Origin: a virus
Reading direction: 5' to 3' (one strand)
Length of the DNA: 64,000 bases
IMG/VR virus record: IMGVR_UViG_3300040786_000066
The notes under the pieces were generated by a model that had not been told where the DNA came from, did not search any database, and worked only from the letters and a program-made list of their open reading frames with translations. A program made the translations under genes and the position numbers. Below, in pieces: positions 56,894 through 64,000 of this stretch (positions within the stretch are counted from its first letter, which is position 1; each line of letters starts with the position of its first letter).

Positions 56894-59019
56894 AAGAAAA
56901 GTGTATGTCTATAGCGAGACTAGAGATTATATGACTGCTGAGTATATCGATCTATTCGAATCCATGAACGCGGAGCTTGTAAAAGGAACAGAAGAAGATT
57001 TAGAAAGATTCATTACCTCTAATCCAATGCAGCAGCTGGATACAGAGACTAATGTAACCGAACACTACACTCTAAGAGAGCTGTATGTAATACAACTTGG
57101 TACTTACGCAGCAGACGAACAGCACATAATTGATGTAAAAGACATGTCAACAGGCGTTGATAAGCTATTAAGAAAGTTGTTTGCTGATAAAGAGATTGTA
57201 TTCTTAGCTCATAATGCTAAGTTCGAGTACATGGTATTATACAAACATTTCGGAATATACGTAAAGAATTTTAAGGATACTTTTCTTGCTTCCAAGCTGA
57301 TAACGGCAGGTCTTGAAGTACCTAAAGGGTATAATGGTTTGGCCAGTTTAGTACTGCATCGATTTGGTGTAGATCTTTCAAAAGCTTCTCAGACTAGTTT
57401 TACAGGAGAAATGATGACTCGGAACAGCTGCTGTATGCTGACACAGATGTGCTATATCTAGGAAAACTGCTTGAAGCTCTAATGGGCCCAATAAAAGTGG
57501 GGTCTTGTCAAGTGTTTTAATTTAGAAAACAAAGCCTTAAGACCTATTGGAGATCTTACTATCAACGGAATACATGTGGATACTGACATTTTGGATGAGA
57601 ATATTATTTCTTATGATCAGATGGCAAGTGTCACAAAGCAAGAAATGGTTGAAGCTTTCAAGAATGATGCTACACCAGGTGTTCAAGCAAGTATATCTGC
57701 TCTAAACGTTATACAAAAGAAAATGAGGTAACCATAAACTGGAATAGCTCAGTCCAAAAGAGCAATACTAAAGAGACTGTATCCTGAAGAGGACTTCACC
57801 AGCACAGCAAAGACTATTTTGTCTAAGATGGCTGACAGGCTAGATAATCCTACCAATCTTAACAAATTACTTAACGGAGATACTGAAGGACTTGAAGTGT
57901 TGTTGGCAAGTAGGCACCTTGACTTCCTTAAAGAAAGAGGAATGTTTATAGAAAAGGCGCTTTAAATATGAACTTCAACTCTCCTACACAGCTGTTAGCT
58001 TTCTTTAAGATATGGTATCCTACCTTAGGTGGTACAGGTGTTAAAGAACTAAAGAAACTGAAACACCCTGTGATAGAGTCGTTCAAAAGTTCACTAAAGC
58101 CAGCAAGCTAGTGTCCTCATTTGGAAGAAAGATGTTTAACTACATTGAAAAGAGGATGGTAGAATACACGCTGGGTTCTCTCAGCTAGTACCTACTGGGT
58201 CTAGGATGAGTAGTTCTAAACCTAATATGCAGCAAGCTCCTTCTACAGAGCAGTACAGAAAAATGTTTGTCGCTAAGCCGGGATGGAAACTTGTAGATTC
58301 AGATTACTCTTCCGCAGAGCTGTTTATAGCCGCCTATCTCTCAGGAGACAAGCAGTTACTGTTTGCAATTGAGCAAGGGTATGACCTTCACAGTTACTCT
58401 TCATTTCTAATATTTGGCCAGAAATGGTTAGATGCAGGAGGAAGTGCTGAGCCTGTTGGAAAACCACCTACTAAAGAAGCTGCAGACCTTAGAAAAGTCT
58501 AAAACCTTTCGTTCTCTCTACTTTACGGTACCGGAGTAGTTTCTTTTAGCGAGAACTCTAACGTACCAACATCAGAGGGCAAAGTATTAATGGAAACTTA
58601 TTTCAAAACATTCCCACAGTTATCCGAGTTCTTTAAGCAATCAGGACAGAATGCACTTAAGTTCAACTACGTGAGAGCCTTATTTTGAAGAGTGAGATTC
58701 TTTAACAAGCCTAAAACGGCATGGAAGCATCTCACAATAAAAATGCAGGTATGAATTACCCGCCGCAGTCAACCAACTCTTCTATTATGAAGTACGCGTT
58801 ATGCCTTATGAAAACGCATATTGAAGATAACGACCTAGACGACAAAGTCAAGTTACTTCTTTCCGTCCATGACCAGCAGGTATCAGAAGTGCGAGAAGAT
58901 TACGCTGCACAGTGGGCAATCACACAAACAGAGCTAATGGAAAAGCTGCTATGTATGTTATACCCTCGGGAGCTTTAAAAGCAGAATCAGACATCATGGA
59001 CCACTGGACCAAAGGATAA
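56883..59019 (+). CDS. polA: family A DNA polymerase with 3'-5' exonuclease domain (indel-split)
   Basis: LDTET, AHNAKFE and DTFLAS (exo); DSDYSSAELF (motif A); DLHS; K.LSF.LLYG (motif B); NYPPQST; VHD (motif C). Confidence 0.92.
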
Positions 59020-59044
59020 ATAAACAACCCTAAATTAATCAGCA

Positions 59045-59788
59045 ATGACCATACTATTAAACAACGTCTATGTTGCCTTGGAACAGGGCATCATAAACAC
59101 AGATCAAGCGCTTTACTTGATATACACCCACAGAGAAATAACTTATCCTATAAAGGTAAAAGAATTGTTTCAGCTTACACAGCTCAAATACATAGTGGGA
59201 AATAAAATAGGCAAGGAATTGCTGATTGAAGAAAACATTAAGCTTGCTCTAAAAGGTACTATCAAACCTATTTACAACACAGAAGTATCCAAGAAAATAC
59301 CTGCTAAGATATTAGCTCTTGTAGGTGTAAAAGATCCTGTTACAGAGCAGCTTAAATTTCCTTCAGGAGAGGTTACTATCCAGCACACTGCTGATAATTT
59401 CCTCCTCGGAGAGGGCTTAATAGCTTACCATTACCTTATCTTTTATTTATGTTTCCAATAGAAGGAGAAAACAACAAGAGATGGGAAAACATTTCAACAA
59501 TAATTTTCCTTACAGAGGAGTTCGATTACGCCTAAGATCCAAAGGCACAGCAGGACTGTTCAAAAGCAGTTAAAACCAAAGACATGGGTGTTTTCCTTTA
59601 CGCTACATATCTCTTTGTTAAATCCAGTGTAAGAGAAAATAAGTCCTATGTAAAATCAGTGACTAATTATCTCAAAGAATACGACGAGTGGTATATCGAA
59701 GCAGAACAAAAGTAAAAAGGCTAAAGATCTCGAAAGTTTGTTTAAAATAACCTCGGCCACTGAAGGTCGTTTAAATGTTGCAATATAA
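59045..59788 (+). CDS. hypothetical protein (indel-split)
   Basis: Joined ORFs directly upstream of the DnaB-like gene. Confidence 0.5.
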
Positions 59789-60850
59789 TGGCTAGTATAT
59801 TTTCAAAGTTCAAAGATCCCATTCTGGATTTCATTGAAGACAAGGAAAAAACAACCTTAGGTTCCCATTAAGAAAAACGGGAAATATCTTCAATAATTAC
59901 ACGAGAGGCGATTTTATTATAGTTGGTGGAAGAAAAACATCAGGAAAAGCTCTTTATTCTACATAATTATGTAATTTCACCCCTCATTCAAAAAATAAAT
60001 GCGAAGAAACAAGGAACCCCTTTGATGTAAAAGTTATCTACCTGAATACCAGGAAGAATGTCAAATCTACCATAGAAAGGATGATAGTTAACTATAATTC
60101 CCAAAAAAACAACGGTACAAAAATTGGTGTTCCATCATTGTACGGATTCGAAGGAAATCATATAAAGCTATCCACTACGAAGGCGAAGGAGATGATAACT
60201 TCTACAATGAGCACGTTCGATCAGCTATCTGACAAAGGAATTCTAAGCGCTATTAGTGCCAGAAAATCCTTGTACGAAATAGATAATCTTATACGCTCAT
60301 CCATGGAGGAATACGGGGATCTTGATGAAGAGACGGGAGAGTTTACCTATAAAGAGGAACACTCCAAACTTATCCCGATAATTGCAATAGATGACGTTAC
60401 CGGTATTTTTACTGATACAGGTAGCAATAATATTAAGAATGAGAATTCTCATCAATTAGCGATCAAACTTAAAGATTTGGCTAAGGTATACAATATGATA
60501 ATCGTATTGGCAGTGCCTTCTTCAAATACTTATATCAAAGCTACTGGGCACATGAGCTCCTTAGAGGAAGTAGCGCCTTACCATATATATGCCGACAGGG
60601 TAGTGATACTGCATAATCCAATTGAAACAGGAGATAAGCACATGCTAGGGTACGAGACCGGGGATTTTGTAAATCCACGTACTGGAATATGTTACCTAAG
60701 GACAGCATTTATTGCTGCCAATTATATGGGCCCTAGTGGTATCTATATAGGGTATTTTTATATCCAGAGAATGGCCATATCATGGAATTACCTACCTCAG
60801 AAAATATAGACGAGGTAGATATATTCGCTGATTTAGCAAGAAATAAATAA
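59788..60850 (+). CDS. DnaB-like (SF4) helicase ATPase domain, divergent (indel-split)
   Basis: IIVGGRKTSGKSSF Walker A, IAIDD, LKDLAK.YNMIIVL and ADRVVILH motifs. Confidence 0.7.
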
Positions 60851-60870
60851 ACAACTATAAAATAAGCAAA

Positions 60871-61679
60871 ATGGACAACAAAGCAGGAAAAAAGACCAAT
60901 GAGGATGACAACATCGAATTCGAAGAAATTAATGATGGTCCTAATGAGGAGGGAACTCCGGTAAATGAAAAAGCAGCACAAAAAATACTGCTAAAAAAGT
61001 AAATAAGCCAGAAGAAGGCTTAACAGTATCACAATCCCAACAGCTGGATAATACCTTTGAAAGAGCATCAACGCTTGACGAGAAGAGACTAGCTGCCGTC
61101 CAGATGATTCAATCAGGTTTATTACCTAACACCCTGGCAACAATTGATCAGCTGGATGATCCAGAAACACGTGAAAAGGCAATTGGTGGAGTAATCGCTA
61201 TTATCGAATACGGTAGAGAGATGAAAATCACACCTTGGATCGCCTTGAATGGAATGCACGTCGTGCAGGGCAAAGTTGTAATGGGTATTCATATGTATAT
61301 GGGGCTCGCTTTGAAGAACAACATATTGGTTGATGTAACGGAAGACTACAGAAAAATGTACTCTGCCTCAGACAAAACTAAGCTAGTTGATATTCAAACC
61401 ACTGTGGAGATTACAAGGAAACACGCAGAATTTGGAGGCATGGTAAAGACTTACAAATTCTCTAAGCGATGGAGCGAGATCACCAAGGCTGGTCTTGCTG
61501 AAAGGGACAACTACAAGAAACGCCCCATCTTGATGTTGCGCACCCGTTGTATAACTGAAGCGCTACGTTTGTACGCAGCAGATATCTTCATGGGAACTTA
61601 TGAGACATCGGAAATGATAGACGTTACTGAGTCATCTTATGAATTAGATGATGATGGGAACGTTTTAAGCAGAAATTAA
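60871..61679 (+). CDS. RecT/Red-beta-like ssDNA annealing protein
   Basis: GREMKITPWIALNGMHVVQGK...KAGL...NYKKRP.LML..R..TEALR.YA.D.F.G.YE.SE pattern. Confidence 0.65.
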
Positions 61680-61709
61680 ACTAATAATTAATCTATAAAT
61701 AAAGTAGTC

Positions 61710-62386
61710 ATGAGCGACAAAAATAATGATTTAGTAGGAAATGAGAATGAGGATGCGTTTGATATCTTAAACATATTTAACGAACAAGCATCGTCATCAG
61801 AATTAGGTGCAGGCGTTCACGAAAGAGTACGTCTTATCACAATAGACCCAGAAAGACGTAAGGATAACAATGGTAACCTTATCAAGAAACAGCTGTTTCT
61901 TAAGTTCAAAAAGTTCAATAAAGAAGGTGTAGATATCGGAGAAAAAGATGTATCATTCTTCTTGGTAGATCCTTCCAAGGAGTCTGCTATTGATAACTTG
62001 CATGCTTTCCTTTCACAGACAAAGGAATTACTTTCCTTATTCTTGACCAGTGAGGAAATCAGCAAAGGTTTCGACCCGTTAGCCGTTCTGTATGATTCAG
62101 ATAACGATGACAGGGAAGACGATGCTGTCGAAGAAGATTTTAAATATGATTCTTTGAAGAAAAAAGTGATGAAGAAAGAGAAAACTTCACAGATGTTGAA
62201 CTAGCAATTTGCGACCAATTCAACAAGCTTCTGTCTGATAAGATTGGATTTGATTCCAAAGCTTTCAGATTAAAACTAGAGGAAAGCAAGGATGCAAAAT
62301 ACATCCAAATTCCTAGATACGATCGATTCGTAGAAAAAGCCGGAGTAGAGAAAGAAGATTCGGTATTATACACTAACCTTAAATAA
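61710..62386 (+). CDS. hypothetical replication-module protein (tandem paralog 1)
   Basis: LGAGVHERVRL..ID...RKD.NG...KKQLFLKF. Confidence 0.6.
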
Positions 62387-62395
62387 TTTAATAAG

Positions 62396-63123
62396 ATGAG
62401 AAATTTAACAGATGTATTTTTAGATTCAGCACCTTCTAGATTCAAATTAGGTTTTGGAGTAACTAAAATGTAATGCTTAAGTCAGTTGACAACGATGTTA
62501 GACGTGACAAGAATGGAGTAAAATTCAATAAGAATTGTTATTTAACGTTTGCTGCTATTGATGCAGAAGACGGTAACAAAATTACTGCACAAAGTACTTT
62601 CAGCTATTTTAATATAGACAAGCCAGCGTTTGCTACAAAAAACTTCATTCACCAATTTAACCAGTTGATCGAAGTAGCTAAAGCGGTAATCCCTAAAGAT
62701 AACTTTAACAAAGCCATAGGTAAAATACAGAAAGTACTTATCGATGACGTGAGCTTGTTCAAAGAAATCAAAGCAGAGAAAGTGCCTACTGCCAAAGAGA
62801 CTAAAGCTATCAACGAGCTTCAAATAAAAGTAGTTGATGCGTTTGTTGATGCTATCACTCCTTACACAGGAGAAAATGGTGACCTAGTTAATATGGTTGT
62901 TGTAACAGATCCTAAAGGGATGTTCTTAGATCTTCCAAGAGAAGATAAAGGGTTTATAACTAAAGCCGAAGGAGGTAGAGAATTACATGTTGATGCTAAG
63001 TATGCTAGATGGTATGCTGACAAAGACAAAGTAGAAACTTCTACAGCAGAAGATCTTGGAGATGATAACATCATTGACGAAGACGAGATCATGGTTGATG
63101 ATGATGATTTAGACGGTATCTAA
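62396..63123 (+). CDS. hypothetical replication-module protein with acidic tail, SSB-like (tandem paralog 2)
   Basis: LGFGVTKNVMLKSVD...RRD.NG...KNCYLTF; C-terminus DEDEIMVDDDDLDGI. Confidence 0.6.
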
Positions 63124-63124
63124 G

Positions 63125-64000
63125 ATGAACCTTACTGATGTATTCCTCATGAGTAAGCGTTCTTTAATGGAACGTTTATTCGAGTGCGTCAGTTCATATG
63201 ATATATTCTGCAGCTTCATTGGAGAAGATGTAAAAGTAGGGAGGTTATTCTAAGTCCAATACGGAAAGATAACCACCCTACTTTCATTTTATTCGTTCCC
63301 GAAGACAAAGACGAGGTCTATTTTAAAGACTTTGCCTGGCAAGGAGGTAACGTATTTAAGTTTGTAAAGTTGTTTGCCTTATATCAAGAAAGCATAAATC
63401 TGAAAGAGTTCACTGATGTCGTGCACTATATCGACCAGCGAATGGGCATTGGATTGTTTGGAAACACCAAGGTAAAACCCATACAAAGAAGAGTACTGGA
63501 CAAAGCGTTTTATGCCTCTAAAAGGATCATAAAATTCAAGGCCAGAGAGTTTACAGAGAGAGACTTAGCGTATTGGAAAAGTTATCATATTTCTGAGAAA
63601 ACACTGAATTTTTTCTGTGTTAAATCAGTACATAAGATACTAAATGAGAATAGTGAAGTTGTTTGGACAGTTTCCTCAAGAACCCTTACATTTGCGTATG
63701 TGGTCTTTAACAAGATAAAACTATACAGGCCAGAAGAAGCTCCTGATTTCAAGTGGAGAAACACTTGTCCAGGGCATTATATTCAAGGACTGAAACAAAT
63801 GAATGACAGGAAATCAAACAATGATACCCTTATAATCACCAAGTCACTAAAAGATGTGATGGTGTTCTATGAGTTTATCGGAGACAGATACGATGTCATC
63901 GCGCCGCACAGCGAAACTTATATTTTACAGAGACCTTTCTAAAGTCTTTATTTGCCAAGTACACAAAAATCATAATAATATATGATTTTGATTTAGCCGG
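63125..64000 (+). CDS. DNA primase (Toprim; truncated by the window edge, indel-split)
   Basis: SPIRKDNHPTF, YFKDFA, ITKSLKDVM, APHSE and IIYDFDLAG motifs. Confidence 0.85.

Noticed and set aside
38374-59019. Programmed frameshifting or true pseudogenes
   Set aside because: The breaks are too numerous, fall at arbitrary homopolymers and affect essential genes; a sequencing artefact is more parsimonious.
528-63092. Minus-strand ORFs in the ORF track
   Set aside because: They overlap better-supported + strand genes or structured RNAs and show no recognisable motifs; treated as shadow ORFs.
23565-64000. Stop-codon reassignment (TAG or TGA) as the cause of ORF fragmentation
   Set aside because: In the genes I reconstructed, homology continues in a different frame, not through in-frame stops; TAG and TAA end genes normally.

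Overview
This window is 64 kb of a large, AT-rich dsDNA phage genome with essentially every gene on the + strand. The host is probably Bacteroidota, inferred from TAnnTTTG-type promoters, A/C-rich SD-less leaders and the tmRNA style. No virion structural genes are present. Layout: (1) 0.2-5.2 kb, a probable left-end early array of terminator/conserved-motif/gene cassettes with 8 copies of AAAAGGGCAGCTTCG, including a Csx20-like ring nuclease candidate. (2) 5.2-8.8 kb, an ncRNA island with a circularly permuted (two-piece) tmRNA, tRNA-like RNAs and large structured RNAs (one GOLLD-like). (3) 9-46 kb, many small accessory genes, including Tad2/DUF2829-like, Acb2/Tad1-like, LuxR HTH, a PEP-synthase-like dikinase, a nucleotidyltransferase, a DEDDh exoribonuclease, an SPL-like radical SAM protein, ThyA, an alpha-CTD mimic, a DNA ligase and a dNMP kinase, plus a second ncRNA island (30.8-36.2 kb) with tRNA-framed RNAs carrying large structured insertions. 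(4) 46.8-64 kb, rIIA/rIIB, a sigma-70 factor and a replication module (5'-3' exonuclease, AAA+/VWA pair, Dda-like helicase, family A polymerase, DnaB-like helicase, RecT-like protein, tandem paralogs, primase). Nearly all long genes are broken by single-base indels in homopolymers, most likely long-read consensus errors. Gene boundaries were therefore reconstructed by eye across frames and are approximate. All family assignments come from remembered motifs, not database searches.
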